A DNA stretch of 64,000 nt from a virus (IMGVR_UViG_3300045107_000413:1-64000); one strand, 5' to 3'; positions 1-9,815 are shown, counted from the first letter of the stretch. Notes: generated from the sequence alone by a model not told the origin. Translations and numbers: made by a program.

Positions 1-139
1 AAGTGTTTAGTTGCTTCAGAGGACTACTTTGAAAAGCTCCGATGTTTTCGGCCTATCGGTATTATACCACAACGAGCCTTGCTTGTTAAGGGTCTATAAG
101 TTCATTGATGCCCGTTTTACCGGAAGGGAAGAGTGAGAC

Positions 140-694
140 ATGAAATGTCTTTCCATTCAGCAACCGTTTGCATGGTTGATTGTCAACGGCTATAAAGACA
201 TCGAGAACCGCAACTGGTCAACGGATGTTCGCGGCTGTATCCTCATCCATGCAGGTAAGCAGGCAGATATATCTTTCTTTGATAAGGATGGCTTGCTCTA
301 CTTGCCTTATGCAGAGCATATCTGTAGCGAGGCCATAGCCTCCCTCATGCCAGAGCGACTGGCAGACTACGAACGGGGCGGTATCGTCGGCTATGCCACG
401 CTACAGAAGGTGGTCAGCCAGTCAGAGAGTCCCTGGTTTCGTGGCAAATACGGCTTTGTGCTGACGCAGCGCCGCCCCGTTCCCTTCATGCCCTTGCGCG
501 GGCAACTCGGTTTCTTCGATGCGCCCACGGAGATTGAAGAGGAGATCACCCGTATCCGGGATGAACGCGGCTGGTCAGCGGATATGGCTGACCTCACACA
601 AATCAAGCAGGAGTGGCGGGAGTACCGCTTAGCGGGCAACGCGCCGCCGCCCACACCGCCCTCGGAAATATGGAGCAATGACTATGACGACTGA
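140..694 (+). CDS. ASCH domain protein
   Basis: N-terminal LSIQQPFAWLIVNGYKDIENRNW matches the ASCH GxKxxExR motif; also GCILIHAG and GGIVG. Confidence 0.9.
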   Translation: MKCLSIQQPFAWLIVNGYKDIENRNWSTDVRGCILIHAGKQADISFFDKDGLLYLPYAEHICSEAIASLMPERLADYERGGIVGYATLQKVVSQSESPWFRGKYGFVLTQRRPVPFMPLRGQLGFFDAPTEIEEEITRIRDERGWSADMADLTQIKQEWREYRLAGNAPPPTPPSEIWSNDYDD

Positions 695-1073
695 ACCTCA
701 TCCAACACGACTCATTGCCTTGCGCACAGCACCCATCACCGATGCGCAGCCCGTGCTGTGCGTCACGTGCCACCGCCACGCAGGCCCGCACTGGCTCTAT
801 CTCGACTTCTGCGCGTTTCGCAGCAACCTGCTCTACCTGCGCACGGCAGTGCTGGCAGAGGACAGTATCCTCTCCCTTGCCGCCCATGAGCAGTACCGGC
901 GGGTGGAACGGCGGCGGCGGGAGGCGCTGTGGACAACGGTGCAGCGTGAGCATACAGGTCATGTCCCGTATGCGGCGCTGGGCCTTGTAGAAGTGGGGTG
1001 GGTGCTGGACGACGCACGGCAATTACTGAACAGGCTGTACTGGCGCTATCAACCGCGCACAGCGCACAGATAG
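678..1073 (+). CDS. hypothetical protein
   Basis: 131-aa ORF overlapping the ASCH stop, in operon orientation. Confidence 0.55.
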   Translation: MTMTTEPHPTRLIALRTAPITDAQPVLCVTCHRHAGPHWLYLDFCAFRSNLLYLRTAVLAEDSILSLAAHEQYRRVERRRREALWTTVQREHTGHVPYAALGLVEVGWVLDDARQLLNRLYWRYQPRTAHR

Positions 1074-1089
1074 GGAAAGGGGAAGGGAC

Positions 1090-1989
1090 ATGCATGCACC
1101 CGTTGGCGAACTGCAAGCCCTCTTTACGGATTTGCAGGGCTATCACCTGAGCGCAGAAGAACATGCCCGCCTGCTCAAGCGCGCCAAAGAGACGGGGGAC
1201 GAACAGGCAAAAGACGCCTTTCTTGCCGCCAATATGGCCCTCGTCGTCTCCATTGCTGTCCGCTATGAGGGCCGTGGCGTTAGCTTACAGGATTTAGTGC
1301 AGGAGGGGGCGCTCGGACTCTTGCGCGCCTACCACAAGTTTGACCTGGCGCGGGGCTATCGCTTCTCGACGTATGCCACGTGGTGGGTGCGGCAGGCAGT
1401 CTCGCGCGCCTGTATGGAGGCCAGCCTTATTCACGCCCCCGGCTACGTGCAGGACGGGCTGCGGGCGGCGCGGGCGTACCAGAATGCGCGGGAGGTAGCG
1501 GGGGAAGAGGCCCCCACCGAGGCGGAGTTGGCAGAGGCGTCGGGCCTCTCCCTGCCGTTCTACCGCGCAGGCGTGCGGGCAAGTGCAGTCCTCTCCCTTG
1601 ATGTGCCGCTGGCGGAAAACGAGGAGAGCAGCCTTGCCGAAACGCTTATCTCCCCACAGGACGCGGCGGAGGAGGCAGAGGCGCAGGTGGGCAAGGACTG
1701 GCAGCGCGCGCGCATTCTCCACGCCCTCGAACTGCTCACCACGCGCCAACGCACCGTCCTCATCCTGCGCTACGGTCTCTCAGACGGGTGCGCCCGCACG
1801 CTGGATGAGGTGAGCGCGGCGCTCGGTATCAGCCGGGAGCGGGCAAGGCAACTGGAAGTTGGGGCATTGAGCCGCCTGCGCAGCGCAGAGGGACGCAGAC
1901 GCCTTGCCGGTGAGAGCGCCCCGCTGGCCGCGCCATCCGTCTACGCGCGGGCAATGCGCGAGCAGGAAAAGGAGCGCGTCTATGCTTGA
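1090..1989 (+). CDS. RNA polymerase sigma-70 factor (RpoD/RpoS-like, lacks region 1.1)
   Basis: ANMALVVSIA, DLVQEGALGL, KFDLARGYRFSTYATWWVRQAV, and region 4 TLDEVSAALGISRERARQLE. Confidence 0.95.
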   Translation: MHAPVGELQALFTDLQGYHLSAEEHARLLKRAKETGDEQAKDAFLAANMALVVSIAVRYEGRGVSLQDLVQEGALGLLRAYHKFDLARGYRFSTYATWWVRQAVSRACMEASLIHAPGYVQDGLRAARAYQNAREVAGEEAPTEAELAEASGLSLPFYRAGVRASAVLSLDVPLAENEESSLAETLISPQDAAEEAEAQVGKDWQRARILHALELLTTRQRTVLILRYGLSDGCARTLDEVSAALGISRERARQLEVGALSRLRSAEGRRRLAGESAPLAAPSVYARAMREQEKERVYA

Positions 1990-3071
1990 GTCCCTGCTGA
2001 CCACCACCGATGCGGCGCTAGAGGCGGTACCTGCCCCCGTTATCCCCCACTGGCATATCGAGGCCACCTATAGCGGCGGTATCTTCCCCGGCTATAGCGG
2101 CACGGATTTTACGCAGGCGCGGCTCTCCATTGCCGACTTTGTACTGGCAGCAGGGACGGAAAGCGTGGTGGTGTGGCGTAATGGCATCGTGTTTCGGCAA
2201 CTAACGATAGAGAGGAATTGAGGATGGAGGCAGAAGAGAGGGAGCAGCCCAGATGCTGCTATGTAGATGGCACGGCTGCATGCGCACGCCTGGCAGAATA
2301 TATCTTGCGCATCAGGGAAGGACAGGCGTCCGGGGAGTTGCCCCTCTGTGAGCAGCACCTGGGATGGCTGGCAGTCGCCCTGGCGCCCATGAGAAAGCGA
2401 GAGCGCCGTGAAGACGGAAGATGAGGCAAGAGCGGCGATTGCGGCCTGGGGTGAGAACCACTGGAGATGTTCAGGGAACGCAACGCCCCCGGTTGTGACG
2501 GTAGAGACGATCACCTACTGCGAGGTAGAGCAGTGGTGGGAGGCGCGACTCTCCATCACAGGGGAGCCTGGACGGCGCCATGTCATTTTCTGGCAAGAGG
2601 ACAGCCCGCCATTCAGGTTAGCCGTGAGTATCCGTGAGGAGGTGATGGTCTGATGGAGACGCCCATCCCGGAGAGCAGGCCGCTTTGCATGGCAGCCAGC
2701 CTGACCTTCGTGCGCCGTTGTGAGGATACGCTGTACTGGACGTGTGACACCTGCGGGGCGATCATTGCCGATGACATGCGACACCCGCGCCCGCTACGCG
2801 ACCTACATCCCGTGCCTGTAGTGACATGGGAACACAGCAGAGAGGAGAGCATGGTATGACCTCACACCGCACGAAACTGACGCTCTCCATTGCCGCCGGG
2901 GCCACTGTCCCGCAGGCCCGTGACGTGGTGGAGGTTGTGGAAGAGGGCGGGCTGTATGAGGTCTGGATACACCGCGTCTTGCTGGCAGCACATAACCAGC
3001 AGGATGGCAGCACCCACCTCTACGTAGATGCCACAAAGCGGCTAATACGGGAGGCCGTACAGGAAGCATAA
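1982..3071 (+). CDS. run of five small translationally coupled hypothetical ORFs (about 1982-2221, 2224-2424, 2408-2653, 2653-2859, 2856-3071)
   Basis: Consecutive overlapping stop/start codons with GGAG-type RBS; no recognisable domains. Confidence 0.5.
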
Positions 3072-3231
3072 AACGGGCTGGAAGGGGAAGACCCGCCCCT
3101 TCCAGCACATGCCCCTTGACAAGAGTATGTCAGGGCGTATCAAGGAGTATCACAATGAAAAGAACGGACACGCGACCCGTTTTTCTGTGCTATGCTAGTG
3201 AGGACGCGGGGAAGATGGATGAGGTGGAGAG

Positions 3232-3780
3232 ATGAACGCAGCAACACAGCAAATACTTACCGGCTTCTATGAAGCCTTTGCCGATGCCCTGCGCGCGCGC
3301 ATTCGCTTCATCCTGCATGACCCGGAACTCAGTGAGGACGTGCTGCAAGAGGTGTTCGTCAAGGCCTGTTGCAAGTGGGAAACGCTGGCCTCCCATGCAC
3401 ACCCATATGGCTGGCTCTACCGCGTTGCTACCACGACGGCTATTGATGCGGCCCGCCATCAGCGCCGCTTTGCCGCCCCCTGCGTCACGCTCTCCTCGGA
3501 ACTCCCTGACCCCCGACAGCCTGACCCGCAGGAGAGCATCCTTGCCCGCGAACACCTCTCCGACCTGCTCTCTCTCACGCGAGAGCAGGAACTGGCCTTG
3601 CTGCTGCGTGAGGCCAGCACGGGCGTCTCAGACCGCAAGCGACTCTGGAATACCCGCCGCAACATTAGCGACCGCGCAAAGCGGCGTGAACAGGCAAGAG
3701 GCGGCAATGAAAGGAGACCCATCAAATGTTCTCCTGCTGTCGTTCCGATCAGTGACGGCGATGAAAGGAGCGCCACATGA
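3232..3780 (+). CDS. ECF-type sigma factor, region 2 intact and region 4 degenerate
   Basis: DPELSEDVLQEVFVKA and GWLYRVATTTAIDAAR are ECF region 2 motifs; C-terminus lacks a clear HTH. Confidence 0.75.
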   Translation: MNAATQQILTGFYEAFADALRARIRFILHDPELSEDVLQEVFVKACCKWETLASHAHPYGWLYRVATTTAIDAARHQRRFAAPCVTLSSELPDPRQPDPQESILAREHLSDLLSLTREQELALLLREASTGVSDRKRLWNTRRNISDRAKRREQARGGNERRPIKCSPAVVPISDGDERSAT

Positions 3781-4031
3781 AATACCTCTACCTGGCACAA
3801 CTGGAAGCCGTCTATGACGCCGGGGGCGCGGCACCCGTCATCGACTTTTGCCCGGCCCTGCTGGTAGCTTCCTCAGAGCAAGACGCTGAGCAGCAGGCAC
3901 GGGCACGCTGCGCAGGCTTCTTCTCAGAAATGCATGGCTGGCGGCACCACGCCGTGACGGTGATGGCCGTGCCGGAAGAGACGCTCCTACAGGCGGGCTA
4001 CCAGCGCAAAGAAAGCGAGAAAAGCAGATGA
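3777..4031 (+). CDS. hypothetical protein
   Basis: ATGA overlap with the upstream gene and AGGAG RBS. Confidence 0.55.
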   Translation: MKYLYLAQLEAVYDAGGAAPVIDFCPALLVASSEQDAEQQARARCAGFFSEMHGWRHHAVTVMAVPEETLLQAGYQRKESEKSR

Positions 4032-4252
4032 GCGAGCATCTCACCCACTTTACCGCCCTGCGCGAGCGGTACCACGCCTTCTACCGCGCGCTCTTCCTGC
4101 TCTCGCGTGAAGAGGAGATCGGCAGCGCGCCGGAGGCGTACATGCAGCAGGCACGGGCGGCAACTGCTGAGAAACTGGCAGCCCTGAGCGAGACGCTGGA
4201 GAGCATCAAACGGGAATACGGACTACTGGAAACAGGGGAAAGTGAGCGTTAG
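4028..4252 (+). CDS. hypothetical protein
   Basis: ATGA overlap; helical composition. Confidence 0.5.
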   Translation: MSEHLTHFTALRERYHAFYRALFLLSREEEIGSAPEAYMQQARAATAEKLAALSETLESIKREYGLLETGESER

Positions 4253-4275
4253 ATAGAAATATGTCTCATTTACCA

Positions 4276-4304
4276 TTGCACTTGAGTGAACAATGTGATA
4301 CTAT
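4276..4304 (+). promoter_or_regulatory. sigma-70-type promoter
   Basis: TTGCAC-17-TACTAT upstream of the HTH gene. Confidence 0.55.
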
Positions 4305-4339
4305 TACAGCGTACCTCTTACAAGAGAAGGGAGGCTACA

Positions 4340-4537
4340 ATGTTGGTTATGGAAAAGCCATACTACACCGTAGAGGAGGTAGCAAAGGAACTGCAAATCC
4401 ATCCGGTGACAGTGCAACGCTACATCAGGAGCGGGGAACTGACTGCCTACAAAATCGGCAAGATATACCGTATCCATGCCGAAGACTTGCGGCGGTTCAT
4501 GGAAGGACGCAGAACCGACAGAGAGAAGGAAAGCTGA
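4340..4537 (+). CDS. excisionase-like/Cro-like HTH DNA-binding protein
   Basis: YYTVEEVAKELQIHPVTVQRYIRSGELTAYKIGKIYRI; GGAGG RBS. Confidence 0.9.
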   Translation: MLVMEKPYYTVEEVAKELQIHPVTVQRYIRSGELTAYKIGKIYRIHAEDLRRFMEGRRTDREKES

Positions 4538-4737
4538 CATCTGAGAAGCTGGCAAATTCTCTGCCAGTGATAGAGCAGTGGACGCTTCGCAGTTTCCACC
4601 CCGCAAGCGACTCACTGTGTCCCTCTACCACTGTGTCTACAGTGTATGACGGATTGCACACAACCGTCAACGTCTAGAGCAGTGGTTAGGTACCATATGC
4701 TCTTTTTTGTTGCTAAGGGAAGGATGAAGGAGAGAGC

Positions 4738-4965
4738 ATGAAGAAGTCAAAATACCGGACGCTCAGCAGTCTCTATCAGGCTATTGCACAAGGGAAAGTT
4801 GACCTGAAGGGACTTATCGCAATGGCAGACGGCGGAGACTTTACCGTTTACCGGCCCGCCCCTGCTTCCAGCATGGAGGAGGATGAGGTGTTCTTTGATG
4901 GACATGAGCGTGACGCCATCAAATTTGCTGCAAAAATGCTCGGTGTGCGCTACGTGGAGCCGTAG
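4738..4965 (+). CDS. hypothetical protein
   Basis: AAGGAG RBS, 75 aa. Confidence 0.55.
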   Translation: MKKSKYRTLSSLYQAIAQGKVDLKGLIAMADGGDFTVYRPAPASSMEEDEVFFDGHERDAIKFAAKMLGVRYVEP

Positions 4966-4987
4966 CAAAGAGAAGGAGAAAGAAGGA

Positions 4988-5353
4988 ATGCTAGACATTC
5001 AGATTATCAATTGTAGTCGGTGCGGCGCGCCCTGCAAACTGGCGACGGAGGCGACGGAGGAGGCACGATTGCTCAGGGCGGCAACGCGCTCCGAAACGAG
5101 CGGCTATTGCGTTGACTGCGCAGCCACAGACTTTTTGCAAAACCAGTACCCGCACCTTGCCAAACTCATCGCAGGCAACCCGCAGGGCAAGCAGATGCTC
5201 CTTGACACCCGCGTGCAGGCGCAATTTGCACGGGTGATGCAGGCGGGCAATGCCGATGCCCGTCCTGATGAGATCAACTGGGGGCGCGTGGTTGACCTGT
5301 GGGAGATGCCGTTTGCGAACAGGCGGGCGCGGCGCACAGGAGGGAGATCATGA
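4988..5353 (+). CDS. hypothetical protein with two CxxC pairs
   Basis: CSRC...CVDC; AAGGA RBS before ATG 4988. Confidence 0.6.
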   Translation: MLDIQIINCSRCGAPCKLATEATEEARLLRAATRSETSGYCVDCAATDFLQNQYPHLAKLIAGNPQGKQMLLDTRVQAQFARVMQAGNADARPDEINWGRVVDLWEMPFANRRARRTGGRS

Positions 5354-5724
5354 CCAGAGCAGCAGAGGGCAACCGGCGCAAGGGCTTCGCCACGTTCTCG
5401 CCGGAGAGGCGGCGTGAAATTGCCTCACGTGGCGGCAAGGCAGTGCAGGCGCGCGGGACAGGCCATAAGTGGACATCAGAGACCGCCGCCATTGCCGGGC
5501 GACTTGGCGTGAGTCACAAGCGAGCGAAACACAGTGCTGAAATAGCGGGAGAGGAAGCCGTGACCCCGTTACAGCATCATCTCACCCGCTTCTGGTTAGA
5601 GGTCTGGCGCATTGGCAGCCTCACCCGCCTCTATATGACGGAGCGCGGCCTGAGTGAGCAGGAAGCAATGGCAGAGTTGATGAGTCTGGCCGATGTGCCA
5701 GGAGAGGAAGAGGCAGGGCTATGA
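5350..5724 (+). CDS. KGG-motif (stress-induced protein-like) protein
   Basis: GFATFSPERRREIASRGGKA and HKWTSETAAIAGRLG. Confidence 0.8.
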   Translation: MTRAAEGNRRKGFATFSPERRREIASRGGKAVQARGTGHKWTSETAAIAGRLGVSHKRAKHSAEIAGEEAVTPLQHHLTRFWLEVWRIGSLTRLYMTERGLSEQEAMAELMSLADVPGEEEAGL

Positions 5725-6041
5725 CACAGGCAAGCATAGGGGAAACCTTTCACAGCTACAGCGTGGCCGTTTCAAAGCGGGTATTTGACCGGTATGCCTA
5801 TCTGGAATACGGGACGCTGGAACACCCTGAACTCTTAGAGCGATATATTCACACCATTGGCTTTGAACTTCCCGGCGGCTTTCACGGTGATGACGGGAAA
5901 GTCTACCACCATATCTTTGTCGTCCTCTCCCGTGACGATATTACTGATGAGTTAACCACCCTCTTCCCCAAAGTCACGGGCAACTGGACACACAAGATTG
6001 AGAAAGCAACGGGAGAGGAAGATACAGGGGCGGTGAAGTAG
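5721..6041 (+). CDS. hypothetical protein
   Basis: ATGA-coupled 106-aa ORF. Confidence 0.55.
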   Translation: MTQASIGETFHSYSVAVSKRVFDRYAYLEYGTLEHPELLERYIHTIGFELPGGFHGDDGKVYHHIFVVLSRDDITDELTTLFPKVTGNWTHKIEKATGEEDTGAVK

Positions 6042-6250
6042 TCGAACCACTTGCCCCAAAACGGCAAAGTCCTCTGCTAAACGGCAAGCTAGCAGAGGAC
6101 AGCCAAATTTACTGTTGTCGATGCACTTCCTAGTATACCACGAAACTAGGAAGTTGGAAAGGGGTATTCGTATGCAATTCACTACTGTAGCGCGTGTTTT
6201 TGCGCCTATTTTGATAGATGAAGCCGTGTGGAGGCGGTGGAGGTGGCATC

Positions 6251-8437
6251 ATGAGTGAGGATATAGCAGGCTATGCAGCCCTGAACTTTGATGGATTAGA
6301 GCGACGGGCAAACTATCGGTTTATTGGCTTTCGTGAAGACATCCTACAGGCTCTTGACCGCAATGACGCGGCGGCGATTCTCTTTGAAATCATCTGGCGC
6401 TGGCAAATAGAGTACCGGCGGGAAGAGATCATGAAGGAGAATGAGCGACGGAAAAAGGCCAACCTTCCCCTCTTAAGTACAGAGGAAGTGGAAGAACGCA
6501 TGTGGGTCTACATGTCCTACAATGACTTTGTACGTGAGTCAGGCGGGGCCATTGGCTACAATACCGTGATTCGCACACTGGATTTTCTCATCAACACCAA
6601 GAAAGTCTTCAGGCAACGCCCGAATCACAATCCCCACTACCCGGACTTTGAGTACAGCATCAATAAAGAGGAAGTACGCAAGCTCCTCAAAACCCTTCCT
6701 GCTACCCCAAAGTTCACCCCGAAAAAGCCGAAAAAGAAGGGAAAGCAGTCTACCCAAATGGGTATACCCGAACAGGACTCTACCCAAATGGGTATACCTG
6801 CTCAAAACAGAGGGTCTACCCAGACAGGTACACCAGTCTACCCAAATGGGTATACCCCGTCTACCCAAATGGGTACAGGGGTATACCCATTTGGGGGTAC
6901 ATCACAATATCACACAATATCTTCCACAGAATCATCACAGAGAGAGGGTGTTGCGCTTAGCGCGCACACCACACCCACACCTGCTTTTTCATCAGGAGAT
7001 CACCATGCCACCACAGACACCCCTGCTCCTGCTCAGCTGGACACTGCTCCTGCTGACATGGATAGCCGCCGTGAACTACCTGCCACGCCACCTGTAGCAC
7101 ATGAGAATGGTTCTCATTCTCACTTTCAAGCTGAACCGTATGCATATAGCCAACGGTCTATGCAGACGACACAAGGAGACGTACATGCAACAACTTCTCA
7201 TCCCCTTTCTGCTGACGATCATCATTCTTCAGTTGCTCATGCATTCCATCCTGCTGAGATGGATAGTGCAGGAGTTGAGAGAGTTGAACCGCCGTCGGTA
7301 GCCGCCGTGCCTATACGAAACACCTCATCCATTGGCGTGACCTTTCTGGAGGATGAGCCAGAAACCGTGACGGAGACGCCCTTTGCGGCAATGGATGCAT
7401 CTGTGCTGGCGGTGCTACTGGAACGGGAGCAGGTGATGCTTGCCGCCATGACGCCTGTACAGCGCGCACAGGCAGAGAGGACGTACCCTGACCTCTGTGT
7501 GGTGATCGGAGAGGACAGCGATTATGACCGACTCTTGACAGCAGGGCAGTGCCTCTCCGGGCGCGCCGCCCTTGCCGCCGATGTGTGCGCTCTTGCAGAG
7601 TTATCCACAGGGGATGTGGATAACAATGGGGATGAGGAAACGGTGAAGGGCGCGGCGGTGGGCTATGCCCATCCTCCGGTACTGCGCAAGACGGCCCGGC
7701 GCCCGGTTGGGGGCGAGAAAGGAGGCGTGAGAGATGGAATGCGACCCGCTTGCAGTGGGGATCGTTCTGCTCTCGGTGATCGGGGTACTGCTCTGCCTGC
7801 TGAGCCTCAACCTGGCAGCGCACGGCCTGCTCTGGCTATGGCGGAGGCAGCAGCGGCGGAGGCGGGACAGGAAATGAATGCCGTGCGCGTGACGCCGCCT
7901 GATAATGCCGTTCTCATCGATACGGGCAAGCGGGAGGCGGCGCGCCCGCAAGGAGAGCAGGAAATACCGGCAGGTGGCAGGAAGCGGGGGAGCCGCTCCC
8001 CGCGTGGCAGCACAAAAAAGACGCTCTCGGCTGAGCAGGAGGGACGCATTGCCGCCGTCTACGAGGCGCTGGACACTTTCTACCGCGAGGTCATGCCGAC
8101 TGATGCGACAGGGGGCTACGCCCGCACGAAGGCGGGGGATGCCGCCATCTTAGAGTTGATTGATAGCCGACAAGTCACACGCACGGACTTGCTGGACGTA
8201 TGCCGTGACATGTGGGATGAGGAGAGTAAGAACCGCGATACGGGCGTGATGGAATACTGGTGGCGGGCGCACGGGCATATGACGGTTGCCGCCATTTGCC
8301 ATCAGGTGCCCGTGCGCCTGCTCTCTATTCGCAGCAGGCGGCAACCAAAGTCAGGACAGCACGGCAGTGGAGTGCTAAGTCGTCCTACCCTTGCGGCAGA
8401 ACTGGCCGCAAAACAGGCAAAATATGCAGGAGTGTAA
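6251..8437 (+). CDS. phage replication initiator (lambda O-like organisation) with long low-complexity linker
   Basis: Lies directly upstream of DnaB; N-terminal wHTH-like region (WVYMSYNDF); internal iteron repeats. Confidence 0.7.
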   Translation: MSEDIAGYAALNFDGLERRANYRFIGFREDILQALDRNDAAAILFEIIWRWQIEYRREEIMKENERRKKANLPLLSTEEVEERMWVYMSYNDFVRESGGAIGYNTVIRTLDFLINTKKVFRQRPNHNPHYPDFEYSINKEEVRKLLKTLPATPKFTPKKPKKKGKQSTQMGIPEQDSTQMGIPAQNRGSTQTGTPVYPNGYTPSTQMGTGVYPFGGTSQYHTISSTESSQREGVALSAHTTPTPAFSSGDHHATTDTPAPAQLDTAPADMDSRRELPATPPVAHENGSHSHFQAEPYAYSQRSMQTTQGDVHATTSHPLSADDHHSSVAHAFHPAEMDSAGVERVEPPSVAAVPIRNTSSIGVTFLEDEPETVTETPFAAMDASVLAVLLEREQVMLAAMTPVQRAQAERTYPDLCVVIGEDSDYDRLLTAGQCLSGRAALAADVCALAELSTGDVDNNGDEETVKGAAVGYAHPPVLRKTARRPVGGEKGGVRDGMRPACSGDRSALGDRGTALPAEPQPGSARPALAMAEAAAAEAGQEMNAVRVTPPDNAVLIDTGKREAARPQGEQEIPAGGRKRGSRSPRGSTKKTLSAEQEGRIAAVYEALDTFYREVMPTDATGGYARTKAGDAAILELIDSRQVTRTDLLDVCRDMWDEESKNRDTGVMEYWWRAHGHMTVAAICHQVPVRLLSIRSRRQPKSGQHGSGVLSRPTLAAELAAKQAKYAGV
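6749..6900. repeat. iterons / probable replication origin
   Basis: TCTACCCAAATGGGTA at 6749, 6779, 6837 and 6860, a degenerate copy at 6815 and an inverted copy at about 6881-6899. Confidence 0.85.
7005..7097 (+). CDS. putative overprinted small membrane peptide 1 (30 aa)
   Basis: AGGAGA RBS; MPPQTPLLLLSWTLLLLTWIAAVNYLPRHL in the +1 frame of the rep gene. Confidence 0.45.
   Translation: MPPQTPLLLLSWTLLLLTWIAAVNYLPRHL
7185..7301 (+). CDS. putative overprinted small membrane peptide 2 (38 aa)
   Basis: AAGGAGA RBS; MQQLLIPFLLTIIILQLLMHSILLRWIVQELRELNRRR in the +1 frame. Confidence 0.55.
   Translation: MQQLLIPFLLTIIILQLLMHSILLRWIVQELRELNRRR
7601..7623. promoter_or_regulatory. pair of inverted perfect DnaA boxes
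   Basis: TTATCCACA (7601-7609) and TGTGGATAA (7615-7623). Confidence 0.7.
7734..7877 (+). CDS. putative overprinted small membrane peptide 3 (47 aa)
   Basis: AAAGGAGG RBS; MECDPLAVGIVLLSVIGVLLCLLSLNLAAHGLLWLWRRQQRRRRDRK in the +1 frame. Confidence 0.55.
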   Translation: MECDPLAVGIVLLSVIGVLLCLLSLNLAAHGLLWLWRRQQRRRRDRK

Positions 8438-8441
8438 CACA

Positions 8442-9815
8442 ATGGAAAAAGTGCTTCCACACAACATTGAGGCGGAGCAGGGCGTGCTTGGCAGCATCAT
8501 CCTTGACCCGGAGTCCGTCGCGCAGGTGATCGACTTTCTTGCGCCCACCGACTTCTACCGTGACGCCCACCGCACCATTTATGCCACGATCATGTATCTC
8601 TACAGCCAGCATGAACCCGCGGACTTCATCACGCTTTGCGATATGCTGGAACGCACCGGTTCACTGGAAAACGTGGGCGGGCCGTCCTACATCAGCAGTC
8701 TGCTTAATGAGGTGCCAACATCCGGCCATATTGCCCATTATGGTCATATCGTGGAGCGCACCAGCATCTTGCGCCAACTCATCCATGCCGCCGGGCAAAT
8801 TGCCGCCCTGGCCTATGAGCAGGGGGTTGAGGCACAGGACGCGCTGCGACGGGCAGAGGAGATCGTGTTTCGTGTCGGCAAACGGGCGCAACAGGCATCG
8901 TTTGCCCCCATGCAGCACATCATGGTTGAGTATGTGGAGCGCCTCTCAACCATTCATGAGGCGCTCAGGCAGCACAGGAGCGTCATCACGGGCGTACCAA
9001 CGGGCTACGGCGTCCTGGACAGCCTTACAGGCGGGTTGCAGCCAACTGACCTCATCATCCTTGCGGGCCGTCCTGGCATTGGCAAAACGGCGCTTGCGAC
9101 CTGTATTGCCTACCATGCCGCGCTCAAAGGTCGCAAGAAGTGCGCCGTCTTCAGTTTAGAGATGAGTCAGGGACAGTTAGGCGCTCGCCTGCTGGCAATG
9201 GTGACGGGCATCGATACGCAGCGCCAGCGCGCTGGCTGGATTGGAGAGGATGAGTGGGAGACCGTCATTGCTGCCTGTGGCAAGATTGGGCAACTCCCCA
9301 TCTGGGTCAATGACACAGCAGGCAATCCCATCCTCTCCATGCGCTCTCAGTTGCGCCGCCTCATTGCCGAGACAGGCGGCATTGATCTGGTGCTGGTGGA
9401 CTACCTGCAACTGGTGGAGCCGGAGGAGGGAGAAAGCCGGAAGCACTTTGAGAACCGCACGCAGGAAGTGGGCAAGATTGCGCGCGGCCTCAAGGCCCTG
9501 GCCCGTGAGTTCGAGGTTCCCGTGCTGGCCCTTGCCCAACTCTCCCGCGAGGTCGAACACCGCAAGCCACCGCGCCCCCTGCTCTCTGACCTGAAGGAAT
9601 CGGGAGATATCGAGGCGGCGGCAGATATGGTGCTATTGCTCTACCGCGAGGACTACTATGCCAGAATGGAGAAGCGGGAACACTACACCCCGACGAACCT
9701 GGCAGAACTTACTATTGCGAAGTACCGCAACGGCCCGGTCGGGGAAGTGGCTCTGTACTTTCAGGATGAGCGCACGATGTTCTACAACGTGGAGGACGTG
9801 ACCCATGTGGAATGA
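8442..9815 (+). CDS. dnaB: replicative DNA helicase
   Basis: PHNIEAEQGVLG, Walker A AGRPGIGKT, FSLEMS, VDYLQL, LAQLSR, DLKESGDIEAAAD, KYRNGP. Confidence 0.97.
   Translation: MEKVLPHNIEAEQGVLGSIILDPESVAQVIDFLAPTDFYRDAHRTIYATIMYLYSQHEPADFITLCDMLERTGSLENVGGPSYISSLLNEVPTSGHIAHYGHIVERTSILRQLIHAAGQIAALAYEQGVEAQDALRRAEEIVFRVGKRAQQASFAPMQHIMVEYVERLSTIHEALRQHRSVITGVPTGYGVLDSLTGGLQPTDLIILAGRPGIGKTALATCIAYHAALKGRKKCAVFSLEMSQGQLGARLLAMVTGIDTQRQRAGWIGEDEWETVIAACGKIGQLPIWVNDTAGNPILSMRSQLRRLIAETGGIDLVLVDYLQLVEPEEGESRKHFENRTQEVGKIARGLKALAREFEVPVLALAQLSREVEHRKPPRPLLSDLKESGDIEAAADMVLLLYREDYYARMEKREHYTPTNLAELTIAKYRNGPVGEVALYFQDERTMFYNVEDVTHVE

Noticed and set aside
4340-4537. Evidence of an integration module
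   Set aside because: The HTH is Xis-like, but no integrase or att site is visible in the window.
6749-6900. Repeats as a CRISPR array
   Set aside because: Spacing is short and irregular and the repeats lie inside the rep ORF, which fits iterons.
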